A stretch of DNA of 55,803 nucleotides, taken from assembly GCA_038245785.1 (NCBI GenBank), contig JBBRSB010000033.1, positions 1 to 55,803 on the forward strand. Reading direction: 5' to 3'. The DNA comes from Gloeobacterales cyanobacterium (GTDB lineage: Bacteria; Cyanobacteriota; Cyanobacteriia; Gloeobacterales; PMM-0068). A program made the position numbers and the translations under genes. This document shows, in pieces, positions 18,872 through 28,328 of this stretch (position 1 is the first letter of the stretch; each line of letters begins with the position of its first letter). Below the pieces are notes generated by a model, which did not search any database, was not told the origin of the DNA, and worked only from the letters and a program-made list of their open reading frames with translations.

Positions 18872-20197
18872 TTACACGGACTGTCCCGTAAGGCTAAAGG
18901 CCCGAGCCTCTGCGATCAATACGGGAATCAGCTTCCCTCGCAGAAGAGCGATATCGCCATTGGTGAAGACAAGACGGTTCGTCCGAGTGCGCCCTACCAC
19001 CTGCTCTGGATTTTTGGGATTCCCCGCCTCTACCAGGATTTCTTCCGTGCGACCTAGATAGCGCTGGCTAGCCTTGAGCGCACTATCGGTCACAACACGA
19101 TTGATCCGCTGGAGACGGTCTGATTTTGTATCTTCATCCAGCTGGCCTTCCCAAATAGCGGCAGGAGTGCCTGGACGGGGAGAATAGGCTGCCGTATTCA
19201 CTAAGTCAAAGGTGAGGTCTTCCATGAGTTGCAGGGTGCTCTGGAACTGCTCTTCCGTTTCGCCTGGGAAGCCAACAATGGCGTCAGCGGTGATCGAGGC
19301 ATCGGGCACATACTGGCGGATTTTCTCAATCATCTCCCGATAGCGCTGATGGCTGTAGCCACGGGCCATGCGTGAGAGAATCTGATTGTCGCCAGACTGG
19401 AAGGGGATATGAAAGTGCTCACAAACTTTGGGCAACTCCGCGCAGGTTTGAATCAACTCTTCGGTGAAGAAGCGAGGATGACTGGTTGCAAAACGGATGC
19501 GTTGGATACCTGGTACATCATGAATCAAGCGCAGCAATTGAGACAGGTTGGTGTCAATATCCCGTCCGTAGGCATCAATATTTTGTCCTAAGAGGGTGAT
19601 TTCTAAATATCCTTGTTGACCGAGCTCTTGAATCTCTTGGAGAATCGCTTCCGGTTTGCGAGACTGCTCTACGCCACGGGTATAGGGCACGATGCAATAG
19701 GTACAGCGCTCATTGCAGCCATAGATAATATTCACCCATGCCGAAATGTCACTATCTCTGCGGGGCTTGGTGATATCCTCTGGAATTTCAATCTGTTCGG
19801 TTGCAACTACCTGCTCTCCATCCGCTACCCGTTCTAGAAGTTCTTCCAGGCGATTGGCATATTGAGGCCCCATGACTAAGTCCAGTTCAGGAATTCTTCG
19901 CATCAGCGATTCGCCCTCCTGTTGGGCCACACATCCGGCAAGAACCAGCGTCAGCGTCGGATCTTTGTGCTTGCGTTTTGCCTGTCTGCCCAAGTGGGAA
20001 TAAACCTTATGCTCGGCCCCATCGCGGATAGAACAGGTATTGTAAATAATCAAATTCGCCTGTTCCGGGTCATCGGTCCAGCCGTAGCCCATCTTTTCTA
20101 GAGACCCGGCCATCCGTTCAGAGTCTGCCTTGTTCATTTGGCAGCCAAAAGTGGTGATGTGGGCTAGTTTTTGGTCGATTTTAGAAGAGGCAGACAT
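18872..20197 (-). CDS. miaB: tRNA methylthiotransferase MiaB
   Basis: TFGCQMN..DSE, NTCSIR, radical-[16 protein letters not shown] domain. Confidence 0.97.
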   Translation of the reverse strand: MSASSKIDQKLAHITTFGCQMNKADSERMAGSLEKMGYGWTDDPEQANLIIYNTCSIRDGAEHKVYSHLGRQAKRKHKDPTLTLVLAGCVAQQEGESLMRRIPELDLVMGPQYANRLEELLERVADGEQVVATEQIEIPEDITKPRRDSDISAWVNIIYGCNERCTYCIVPYTRGVEQSRKPEAILQEIQELGQQGYLEITLLGQNIDAYGRDIDTNLSQLLRLIHDVPGIQRIRFATSHPRFFTEELIQTCAELPKVCEHFHIPFQSGDNQILSRMARGYSHQRYREMIEKIRQYVPDASITADAIVGFPGETEEQFQSTLQLMEDLTFDLVNTAAYSPRPGTPAAIWEGQLDEDTKSDRLQRINRVVTDSALKASQRYLGRTEEILVEAGNPKNPEQVVGRTRTNRLVFTNGDIALLRGKLIPVLIAEARAFSLTGQSV

Positions 20198-20274
20198 GGT
20201 TTTGTGAGGTCAAGAGCAGACTGAGTCTAGGCTACTGCTTTGCGCGTACTAGCAGCAAGCAGACGTCACAGCTC

Positions 20275-20793
20275 CTAAGCATTCAGCCCCCCGTCTACTG
20301 CCACGGTAGCGCCGGTGACATAGCTGGCTTCGTTACTGGCAAGAAACGCGATCACATTTGCTACTTCTTCCGGAGTACCGGCACGCTTCATCGGCGGCAA
20401 CTGATCGGCACCCGAACTCATCATATCGGTGGCAATAGGGCCAGGAAGCACCGCATTCACAGTGATATTTTTCAGCGCCAGATCATGCGCCCACGAGCGC
20501 GTTAGACCTGCGACGCCAAATTTCGTCATGTTATAGCCGCTCATCCCAGGAAAAGTAGCACGTTGTCCAAGGCAGCTGCTGATGTTGATAATACGTGCCC
20601 CCGTCTGCAAATACTTCACGGCTGCTTGCGTTGTAGTAAAGACAGAGCGAATATTCACACTGAGCTGATGCTCGAACTGCTCCTCGTCAATCTCGCCGAT
20701 AGGGCCAAACGCCTCAAGCACGCCCGCGTTATTCACTAAAATATCTAACTTGCCAAAATGTTTGACAACAGCATCCACCAGGTTCTTGACCTG
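20275..20793 (-). pseudogene. 5'-truncated short-chain dehydrogenase
   Basis: LDILVNNAG, YNMTK and VDGG are present; the N-terminal GxxxGxG Rossmann part is missing. Confidence 0.8.
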
Positions 20794-21123
20794 ATTGCAG
20801 ATAAGTGGACGGCGTTAATTATTCTGGGACTGTCGAGGGACACAAAACGATACAGCGAGCTACACCGAGAGATTGGCGGAGTGTCTCAGAAGATGTTGAC
20901 TCAAACCCTGCGTAGCCTGGAAAATAGTGGCCTGATTCAACGCAAGGTTTATCCAGTTGTGCCACCTATGGTTGAGTATTCTTTGACTCCTCTGGGTAGG
21001 ACGCTAGTAACTCCTCTAAAAACTCTATGCGATTGGGCTTCAGAACACTTTCATGAAGTGGAGCTTGCTAGAGAAGAATCAATGGATAGAAAGAGGCTTG
21101 ATCAGATAATCCGTGAGAAATAA
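20758..21123 (+). pseudogene. HxlR-family winged-helix regulator, native 5' end lost
   Basis: QVLDLIADKW..SQKMLTQTLRSLE..VPPMVEYSLT; its first codons are the antisense of the SDR gene. Confidence 0.7.
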
Positions 21124-21252
21124 CCATACTATCTCGGTAATATCGGCGCACTTCAGGATTAGTCTAGAGCGCATAAACTGCTGTTAGGGCTTCGGTCTGG
21201 AAAGGGCATAAAAGAAGACGGTCAGTTTCTATTTGAAGCAAAGCTATTCAGA

Positions 21253-21726
21253 TTATGGTCTTAATGATTTCAAAGGTTTAGACGTAAGCACCAGTTGCAA
21301 TTTGGCATGAATCAAATCTAGCTGAGCTAATCCTAAATCCACTTCGCCTTCCAGGACTACTCCAACATTCAGGAGACGGTCTAGCAGCTCCAGAATGGAA
21401 GGGTTGCTGGATTTCTGGCCTGGGTAGTAGCCTCCAGCTTTTGGGAGCAGCGTTCCCACTTCACCCAATTCAACATTGAGGTCTGCTGGGTCAAGTTCAA
21501 AGATGTCGCAGAGCTGAACCACTTGCTCTTCTAATTTGCGGAGACTTTCCGCCGCCCGGTCTAGGTCATCATCGCCCAGTGCCCCTTCTTCCATGCGACG
21601 AATCACTTGGGCTTCCATGAGCTGACGAATCAGTTCAACCAAGGTGAGTACCAAAGGAGCCAACCCTGCATTCGCTTTGGCTGACTTCGGGTTTGGGATA
21701 ATTTCAACGGGATTTGTAAGAGCCAT
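21253..21726 (-). CDS. gvpK: Gas vesicle protein GvpK
   Basis: GLAPLVLTLVELIRQLMEAQVIRRME; C-terminal GvpA-like ILELLDRLLNVGVV. Confidence 0.9.
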   Translation of the reverse strand: MALTNPVEIIPNPKSAKANAGLAPLVLTLVELIRQLMEAQVIRRMEEGALGDDDLDRAAESLRKLEEQVVQLCDIFELDPADLNVELGEVGTLLPKAGGYYPGQKSSNPSILELLDRLLNVGVVLEGEVDLGLAQLDLIHAKLQLVLTSKPLKSLRP

Positions 21727-21764
21727 GGGTTTATTGTGCCCTGTATGTCTGCTTTTCATGCGGA

Positions 21765-22874
21765 CTAGGGAGGGCTTAGATAGCCTTCTATCAGAAAGTC
21801 TGACCCAAAAGTTTGCATACGAACACGGTTCAGGACCAAGGCTTCGGTCATTTGCTGAAAGCTCAATTCTCCGACGGGACCAAGCGAACCGATACCCCCA
21901 GCAATTTTAGGGGCGATGAAGGCGAGGACTTTTTGGATTTGTCCTTCGCGAATCGCTTCAGCCGCTAGGGTTCCTCCACATTCCCAAAGCGCAGAGCACA
22001 AACCTCGCTGGCCTAACGCTTCCATAACAGTTGTAGGGCTGATTGGATCTTGGATAATTACTTCAACGCCTATGGCTTCTAGAGCGGTAGCTTTTTCAGA
22101 GGAATGTTCTGTGCCCGTAAATATGAGCGTTGAGGCTTCTTCCTGGTTCCAAATTTGGGCCTCCAAGGGCAAATTCAAGCGTTGAGAAAGCACGACCCTC
22201 AGGGGATTACGACCTGGATAGAGACGACAGGTCAGCTGTGGATTATCTTGGCGAACGGTCTGTCCCCCGACGATTATCGCATCGTAGCCAGCGCGGAGCC
22301 GATGGACTTCAGTCCGACTTTCTTCCCCGGTCACCCAAAAACTATGTCCGGAAGCAAGGGCGATTTTGCCATCCAGGGTCATGGCATATTTCAAAATCCC
22401 AAACGGTCTGCCCGTACGCACCCAATGGCTAAATCCTTCATTCAGTTCTGCGCAGGCTTCTTCCAAAATGCCCATAGTTACTTCCAGTCCTGCCTGGCGC
22501 AGACGTTCATAGCCTGTGCCTTGGACTCTGGGGTTAGGGTCCGTCATCCCCCCAACTACACGGACAATGCCTGCTTGGAGAATCGCTTCGGTGCAGGGAG
22601 GCGTCCGGCCATGATGATTGCAGGGTTCTAAGGTGACGTATAGGGTCGCACCCTCAGCTTTCTTCCCTGCTTCTCGAAGAGCAAAAACTTCCGCATGAGG
22701 TTCTCCCGCTTGCGGATGATAGCCTTGGCCCACGAGCATCCCATCTTTAACGACTACAGCTCCGACCATTGGATTTGGCGAAGTACGTCCCCAGCCTTCT
22801 TTAGCCAATTCCAGGGCTTGGCTCATCCAGAATTCATCTGTTTGTGTTGCGGGCGTTTGGAGAGGTTCAGCCAT
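21765..22874 (-). CDS. ribD: Riboflavin biosynthesis deaminase/reductase
   Basis: TSPNPMVG, HAE, LEPCNHHGRTPPC, KYAMTLDGKIA. Confidence 0.97.
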   Translation of the reverse strand: MAEPLQTPATQTDEFWMSQALELAKEGWGRTSPNPMVGAVVVKDGMLVGQGYHPQAGEPHAEVFALREAGKKAEGATLYVTLEPCNHHGRTPPCTEAILQAGIVRVVGGMTDPNPRVQGTGYERLRQAGLEVTMGILEEACAELNEGFSHWVRTGRPFGILKYAMTLDGKIALASGHSFWVTGEESRTEVHRLRAGYDAIIVGGQTVRQDNPQLTCRLYPGRNPLRVVLSQRLNLPLEAQIWNQEEASTLIFTGTEHSSEKATALEAIGVEVIIQDPISPTTVMEALGQRGLCSALWECGGTLAAEAIREGQIQKVLAFIAPKIAGGIGSLGPVGELSFQQMTEALVLNRVRMQTFGSDFLIEGYLSPP

Positions 22875-22886
22875 TAGATCTCGGTT

Positions 22887-23144
22887 TTAGCTTTCTTCTT
22901 TCTTCCAAAATTGGTACCAGGATTTTTTGCTTTTGAGACTCTCTTTTAGCTGGCTTAATTCTTGCTCAAAGGCAGAGCTTTGAGCCCGTTCTCGCTCAAG
23001 GCGCTGTTCGCGTTGTGCTCGTTCTTCTGCTGTAAATAAGACTTGGGCGGGCAAGGCGGCACCGCAATAGAGACATTCAGCACGGTTGCGATTGGCTACA
23101 GGACGCTTACATTGTGGACATCCAAAGGCTTTACTCATAAGCAA
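22887..23144 (-). CDS. Small zinc-ribbon hypothetical protein
   Basis: CPQC...CLYCG; C-terminal KSWYQFWK. Confidence 0.55.
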   Translation of the reverse strand: MLMSKAFGCPQCKRPVANRNRAECLYCGAALPAQVLFTAEERAQREQRLERERAQSSAFEQELSQLKESLKSKKSWYQFWKKEES

Positions 23145-23181
23145 ATATTCAAGAAGTGACTCGTTCTCTTAAGATACCCAA

Positions 23182-23556
23182 TTACGCTTTTTGAAATAGA
23201 CCGTAGGCAAGCAAAATTCCCCAACCCGCCATCAAGCTGAGGCCACCCACAGGGGCAACGGCACCGAGAATCTTAATCCCACTCAAGCTCAGCCCATAAA
23301 GGCTACCGGAAAAAATAAGAATTCCAGCCGTAAAGCACCAGCCTGCCCAAGTGAGCAGCGGATTTTTGCTCGTCATCGCCATCCAGCCCAAGACAAGGAG
23401 TGCTAGAGCATGGTACATCTGGTAGCGAGCCGCTGTCTGAAAAATCTCAAGGGACTGGACATCTAGCTGGTTTCTAAGCAAATGAGCCCCAAAAGCCCCG
23501 GCTGCGACGGCCAACAGCGCAAATAAGGCTCCCAAACTGAAAAAAACACGGTTCAT
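23182..23556 (-). CDS. DUF423 membrane protein
   Basis: GAFGAH, TAARYQMYHALALL, FSGSLY, APVGG. Confidence 0.9.
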   Translation of the reverse strand: MNRVFFSLGALFALLAVAAGAFGAHLLRNQLDVQSLEIFQTAARYQMYHALALLVLGWMAMTSKNPLLTWAGWCFTAGILIFSGSLYGLSLSGIKILGAVAPVGGLSLMAGWGILLAYGLFQKA

Positions 23557-23578
23557 ACCCTCTATCTTAAGGCGGCCC

Positions 23579-24379
23579 ATGGGGAATCCCAAAGCCCTGA
23601 AGCAATATGGTCAGCACTGGCTTGCCCATCCCCCTTCGCTCCATGCCATTGTGGCGGCGGCCCATCTTCGAGGCGATGAGACGGTTTTAGAGATTGGTCC
23701 AGGAACGGGAAATCTCACGGAATTATTGCTGGCTCAAGCCAAACAAGTGCTTGCAGTCGAAATTGACCATCGCCTCTTAGGAGGACTCCAGGAACGCTTT
23801 AAAGAAGAGGAAGCCGAGCGCTTACTCGTTTTGCAAGGAGATATCCTGACCACGGATTTGACTCAATTACCCGTGTCGCCTGAAGTCGTAGTAGCGAATA
23901 TTCCCTATTACATTACAGGCCCAATTCTGGAAAAACTCCTAGGTCCGATTGACCAACCAACTCAGCAGTTCAAACAAATTATCTTACTGGTGCAGAAAGA
24001 AGTCGGGGAACGCTTAGCTGCTCCCCCCGGCAGTAAAACCTATGGTGCTTTTAGCGTTAAAGTTCAGTATCTAGCAGATGTTTCTGTGGTCTGCTCCGTC
24101 CCCGCTCGCTGTTTTAAACCTAAGCCAAAAGTAGACTCTGTCGTTATCCATCTAGTACCCCGTTCCTTCCCCCAAGTGGCCCAAGATCCGAAGTTCTTAA
24201 AAACTCTGGTTAACGCCTCTTTTGCAACGCGCCGAAAGATGCTGCGCAACTGTTTGAAGAGTTTAGTCACTCCTGAACAATGGCTTGAGTTCACAGAAAA
24301 ACATGTAATTTCTGAAAGTGTGCGGGCAGAAGAATTGAGTGTAGAAGACTTTGTGGCGCTTAGTAATTTTTTAGCGTAA
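23579..24379 (+). CDS. rsmA: 16S rRNA dimethyladenosine transferase
   Basis: GQHWL, LEIGPGTG, VANIPYYIT, PKPKVDS, RRKMLRN. Confidence 0.97.
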   Translation: MGNPKALKQYGQHWLAHPPSLHAIVAAAHLRGDETVLEIGPGTGNLTELLLAQAKQVLAVEIDHRLLGGLQERFKEEEAERLLVLQGDILTTDLTQLPVSPEVVVANIPYYITGPILEKLLGPIDQPTQQFKQIILLVQKEVGERLAAPPGSKTYGAFSVKVQYLADVSVVCSVPARCFKPKPKVDSVVIHLVPRSFPQVAQDPKFLKTLVNASFATRRKMLRNCLKSLVTPEQWLEFTEKHVISESVRAEELSVEDFVALSNFLA

Positions 24380-24428
24380 ACTTGTGCCGAATTCTGCGCT
24401 GTCTCTAACAGCTTACAAGCATGAAGTG

Positions 24429-24803
24429 CTACCAGAGGTTCTTGCCGTCGATGACAGTAACGGGTGCTTCAGCGGCATCAAAGTCGTTGAACAACCTTGC
24501 ATTTACGCCGATGCGTCGCGTCTCTCCGTCCCAACTTCCATCTGGCTTGAAGTCCGGACTGTCGCTAAATGTGCCACAGCCACATTCAGAACAGAAATGA
24601 TGGGCGACCAGCTTTGTGTTCCAGCGATAGGTCGCGAGGTCGGTTTCAGGCGTCGTGAGCCGGAACTGAGTCGGTTCATAATACGCATAAAGGTGTCCGC
24701 GCTTTGAGCAGAAGGAACAGGTGCAGCGCGTCAACGTGGGCGGAATCTCCCCAGAGACTTCAAACGCGGTCTTACCACAGTGGCAGCTTCCTGTAATTGG
24801 CAT
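24429..24803 (-). CDS. GFA-family protein
   Basis: GSCHCG, CTCSFC, HHFCSECG, GVNAR. Confidence 0.9.
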   Translation of the reverse strand: MPITGSCHCGKTAFEVSGEIPPTLTRCTCSFCSKRGHLYAYYEPTQFRLTTPETDLATYRWNTKLVAHHFCSECGCGTFSDSPDFKPDGSWDGETRRIGVNARLFNDFDAAEAPVTVIDGKNLW

Positions 24804-24858
24804 TGCTGGCTCCTATCTTCGTCCCATCAAGATAGCTTAAAGTTCAGAAAGTTTTCAG

Positions 24859-25395
24859 CTAAACGAAAAGAGTTGAACTATATTTTACCCATCCATAAAT
24901 TACTACCATTGCCAACAGTCCTGAACCCATCCAGAAGGGGGCAATCTGTGCAATCCATAGACCCACTAAGATGATTCCCACGCCATCAGCTATCAGGACA
25001 ATGCGTCGTTCAGAAATACCCCAAGTTTGGATAGGATTTTCTTCTGTTAGCTGGAGTTGGACTCCTGCCAAGACGTTAAACCAGACTTGACTCAATAAAA
25101 CTAAAATTGCACCCCAACCTAGCCAAATATAAGAACCGTAGAAGCCTAGAAGTTCCAAAACAATCGTACTGACGGTCACACGGTGGAAGTTGTCTAAAAA
25201 AGGATCTTGGACTCGTTGTTTAACCTGTTCGACTTGTTCTAAATCGACTACAGCCATCCGAGCTTGGTCGATGCAGAGGAGCAGTAGGGCCAGCGCTATT
25301 AATTGATGAGATAGCTCATTTGCTCCAAATACCTGGGCCAGTAAGCCGAGGCTGGCAGGGAAAAAAAGTAAGAACATCAACCAGGCAAAAGGCAA
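24859..25395 (-). CDS. Hypothetical membrane protein
   Basis: Multi-TM 178-aa ORF directly downstream of queF; start uncertain. Confidence 0.6.
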   Translation of the reverse strand: MPFAWLMFLLFFPASLGLLAQVFGANELSHQLIALALLLLCIDQARMAVVDLEQVEQVKQRVQDPFLDNFHRVTVSTIVLELLGFYGSYIWLGWGAILVLLSQVWFNVLAGVQLQLTEENPIQTWGISERRIVLIADGVGIILVGLWIAQIAPFWMGSGLLAMVVIYGWVKYSSTLFV

Positions 25396-25398
25396 AAC

Positions 25399-25827
25399 TT
25401 AGCCCACCGCTGTTGCTTTTTTATGCTGAACTTCGACTACGGTATGGACATTGCCCCGTGGATTGTAGTCGCCTTTGATATGCACTTCTAGAGGGTCTAC
25501 AGCGGCGACAAAATCATCCAGGATTTTATTGATTCCTTCTTCGTGAGAGATTGATTGGTCTCGATAGCGATTGATGTAGAGTTTGATCGCTTTCAATTCC
25601 ACCACTTTTTGGTCTGGCACATAGGTGAGGTAAATTGTGGCGAAATCAGGATAGCCGGAGAAAGGGCAGGTACAGGTAAACTCTGGCAGCGTAATCTGGA
25701 TAGAGTAGTGTCTGCCTGGACGGGGGTTGGGGAAAGTAAATAGTTCTCCTTCTTCAATGGCCCTTTCGCCATACTTCATCGTCTTCACAGACACTGCATC
25801 CTTGGTCGCTTTCTTCGGCTTCCCCAT
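25399..25827 (-). CDS. queF: PreQ0 reductase QueF
   Basis: PEFTCTCPFSGYPDFA, VELKAIKLY, SHE, PRGN. Confidence 0.95.
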   Translation of the reverse strand: MGKPKKATKDAVSVKTMKYGERAIEEGELFTFPNPRPGRHYSIQITLPEFTCTCPFSGYPDFATIYLTYVPDQKVVELKAIKLYINRYRDQSISHEEGINKILDDFVAAVDPLEVHIKGDYNPRGNVHTVVEVQHKKATAVG

Positions 25828-25917
25828 TAAATCCACCTTTTTGATCCAAACTTTATTATCTCTTGAACCTGTGGCCACCCGCCCGCGTCTTAAGCTAGTA
25901 GTGACCTCTGTACCTTC

Positions 25918-26481
25918 ATGATTACGGTAGCTTTGAGCGAAGAAGACAGCATCTTGGTCCAACGAACGCTTTCTGGGAACCAGGAGGCATTTCGGCTGCT
26001 CTATCGCCGACATGTGGGGCCTGTGCGGAAACTAGTGTACCAGCTGACTACGGACCTTCAGGTTTTAGATGATCTGACGCAGGATGTTTTCCTGAAAGTC
26101 CATCGCAATCTCTCAAAATTTCGGGGGGATGCGAAATTTTCTACCTGGCTTTTTCGGATTGCCTATAATGTTTGCCAAGACCATCATCGGCGCAGAGGCA
26201 GGAACCATAGAGTGGTGAGTCTTCCCGTAGAAGATTTACCGATATCCGCCCCGGACGAAGAAATTTTGAGCGGTGTAGACCGTGAGGAATTGGTCAGCCG
26301 TGCTCTAGAAACCCTCACGCCTGACCATCGAGCCGTAGTTATCCTCCATGACCTCCAAGAAAAACCCCAAGAGGAAATTGCCCAAATTTTGGAAGTCCCT
26401 GTGGGCACGGTAAAATCTCGTTTATTCTATGGACGACGCAAGTTGAAAGAATGGTTTTCTGCCCAAGGGGTATCCCTATGA
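25918..26481 (+). CDS. ECF sigma factor (SigG-like)
   Basis: DDLTQDVFLK, FSTWLFRIAYN, EIAQILEVPVGTVKSRL; followed by anti-sigma and Spy genes. Confidence 0.9.
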   Translation: MITVALSEEDSILVQRTLSGNQEAFRLLYRRHVGPVRKLVYQLTTDLQVLDDLTQDVFLKVHRNLSKFRGDAKFSTWLFRIAYNVCQDHHRRRGRNHRVVSLPVEDLPISAPDEEILSGVDREELVSRALETLTPDHRAVVILHDLQEKPQEEIAQILEVPVGTVKSRLFYGRRKLKEWFSAQGVSL

Positions 26482-26828
26482 ACGAAATGAATGAACCTAG
26501 CGACGAAAAGCTCATCAGTTTCCTGAAAGAGCATCAGCCTTCTCCACCACCAGCTTCTATGGAGCTGGAACGCAGTCTCTTTGAAGCGATTGCGAACGAA
26601 CCTAAATCTTCTGTAGTTCCAATAGCTAAGAGGAAAAATGTACTCTCCTTTGGCAACTGGAAAGTGGCTTTGATTGCCTGCAGTCTTTTGATAGGAGTGG
26701 GTATTGGTTTGAATAGTTATAATCTTTCTCAAAGAGAGGTTTTGGAAGCAGAAGCGCTGGACCAAACGGATATATCTTCCCTCTATGCAATCGACCCTGA
26801 TACGGGTCTCTATGATGTTTCACTCTAA
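26478..26828 (+). CDS. Putative single-TM anti-sigma factor
   Basis: DEKLISFLKEHQPSPPP..LE; one TM segment; ATGA overlap with the sigma gene. Confidence 0.75.
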   Translation: MNEMNEPSDEKLISFLKEHQPSPPPASMELERSLFEAIANEPKSSVVPIAKRKNVLSFGNWKVALIACSLLIGVGIGLNSYNLSQREVLEAEALDQTDISSLYAIDPDTGLYDVSL

Positions 26829-27204
26829 GCTGCTAGGGCTCTGTGCTCTATTGATTTTCTCCTCCTCAGGCATAGCGTATAGCCAGCCAAGAATTGATTT
26901 CAGTTTGCTCAACCTAAGTCCTGAGCAAAAACAGGCGATTAGACAAATTCGGCAGACCGATGGGGACCAAGTGCGCAGACTGCGTCAAGATGTCAAAGCT
27001 TCCCGTAGGCAGTTGCGCATGTTGGTTGATAATGATGCGCCAGAGCCTCAAATAAAACAAGAATTAGACCGCTTAGTCCAACTTCAAGGCCAACTTACTC
27101 GAATGCAAGTGGGTAACTTGATCAAAGTACGCAAAGTCTTGACTCCAGACCAAAGAGTCCAAGTCCGTCAACAATTAGAATCAGAAGATAGACCTCCAGA
27201 GTAA
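26812..27204 (+). CDS. Spy/CpxP-family periplasmic chaperone
   Basis: Signal peptide; LNLSPEQ and VLTPDQR (LTxxQ) motifs. Confidence 0.85.
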   Translation: MMFHSKLLGLCALLIFSSSGIAYSQPRIDFSLLNLSPEQKQAIRQIRQTDGDQVRRLRQDVKASRRQLRMLVDNDAPEPQIKQELDRLVQLQGQLTRMQVGNLIKVRKVLTPDQRVQVRQQLESEDRPPE

Positions 27205-27335
27205 ACTCAAATTAATCTGGCTAAACTAATTCATGCTCAATGTATGCAGCATTACATCCAATTTTGTTGTAATCTTCATCGTTGGACTATAAACCTATAG
27301 GTTAGTCTTTCTATAACGCATGGCTTCCGGCCTCG

Positions 27336-28301
27336 ATGGTATTAGAAACTAGAACAGGACCGATGGTCTATACCCGTAGTCTTACGAAGCAGTTTGACCA
27401 CCATGTCGCTGTCAATGATGTTGACTTGCACATAGGGGCTGGAGAGGTCTTTGGCTTGATTGGTCCCAATGGTGCCGGAAAAACCACGCTCATTCGCATG
27501 TTGGCAACAGCAGAGGAGCCGACCAAGGGTGAAATTTTTATCCAGGGCGAACATCTCCTCCGAGACCAGCCAAATTCAGGCATAAAGCGTCAACTGGGTT
27601 ATTTGCCCGATGACTATCCGCTCTACCTTGACCTGAATGTTTGGGATTATCTGGACTATTTTGCACGGCTCTATGATTTGAAGGAACCCTTGCGCAGCAG
27701 ACGTTTGCGAGAAGTTCTAGAACTGGTGGGTTTGACACAGAAGCGCAGTAGCCCAATCACTACTCTGTCGCGGGGGATGAAACAACGGTTAAGTCTGGCC
27801 CGTACAGTCATTCATCAGCCTCTTCTTCTGCTCCTGGATGAGCCTGTTTCTGGTTTAGATCCCCTGGCGCGACTGCAGTTTCGAGAAGTGATCAGGGCTT
27901 TGCAGGAAGCTGGAATGACGATCTTGATTTCTTCTCACGTGCTGAGTGATCTAGCCGAACTTTGCACCTCTGTCGGCATTATGGAAATGGGATTTTTGGT
28001 AGAGAATACATCCCTAAAAAATCTCTATCAGCGCCTGAGCCGCCAGCAAATTCTCCTTTCTACGTTAGGTAGTCTGGAAGCCCTTGAAGCTGAGTTAAAG
28101 AATCATTCTTCTCTAGTCGAAGGCTGGGAAGTACTGCCAGGAAATAATCAAGTACGGGTTTACTTCTTAGGAAGCCCAGAACAAAGCGCTGTTTTACTAC
28201 GCTCTTTGATCGAAGCAGGAATCCCTCTAACAGAATTTCACTGTGCCCAAGAAGACCTGGAAACTATTTTTCTCAAACTTGACCATAAACAAACTTCTTA
28301 A
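27336..28301 (+). CDS. ABC transporter ATP-binding protein
   Basis: GPNGAGKT, LSRGMKQ, LLLLDEP, SSH. Confidence 0.95.
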   Translation: MVLETRTGPMVYTRSLTKQFDHHVAVNDVDLHIGAGEVFGLIGPNGAGKTTLIRMLATAEEPTKGEIFIQGEHLLRDQPNSGIKRQLGYLPDDYPLYLDLNVWDYLDYFARLYDLKEPLRSRRLREVLELVGLTQKRSSPITTLSRGMKQRLSLARTVIHQPLLLLLDEPVSGLDPLARLQFREVIRALQEAGMTILISSHVLSDLAELCTSVGIMEMGFLVENTSLKNLYQRLSRQQILLSTLGSLEALEAELKNHSSLVEGWEVLPGNNQVRVYFLGSPEQSAVLLRSLIEAGIPLTEFHCAQEDLETIFLKLDHKQTS

Positions 28302-28328
28302 ATCCTCACCCTACGGATAGATAATACT

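Noticed and set aside
25828..26013. Extended queF start overlapping the sigma factor gene
   Set aside because: It is antisense to a real gene; ATG 25827 gives a normal QueF length.
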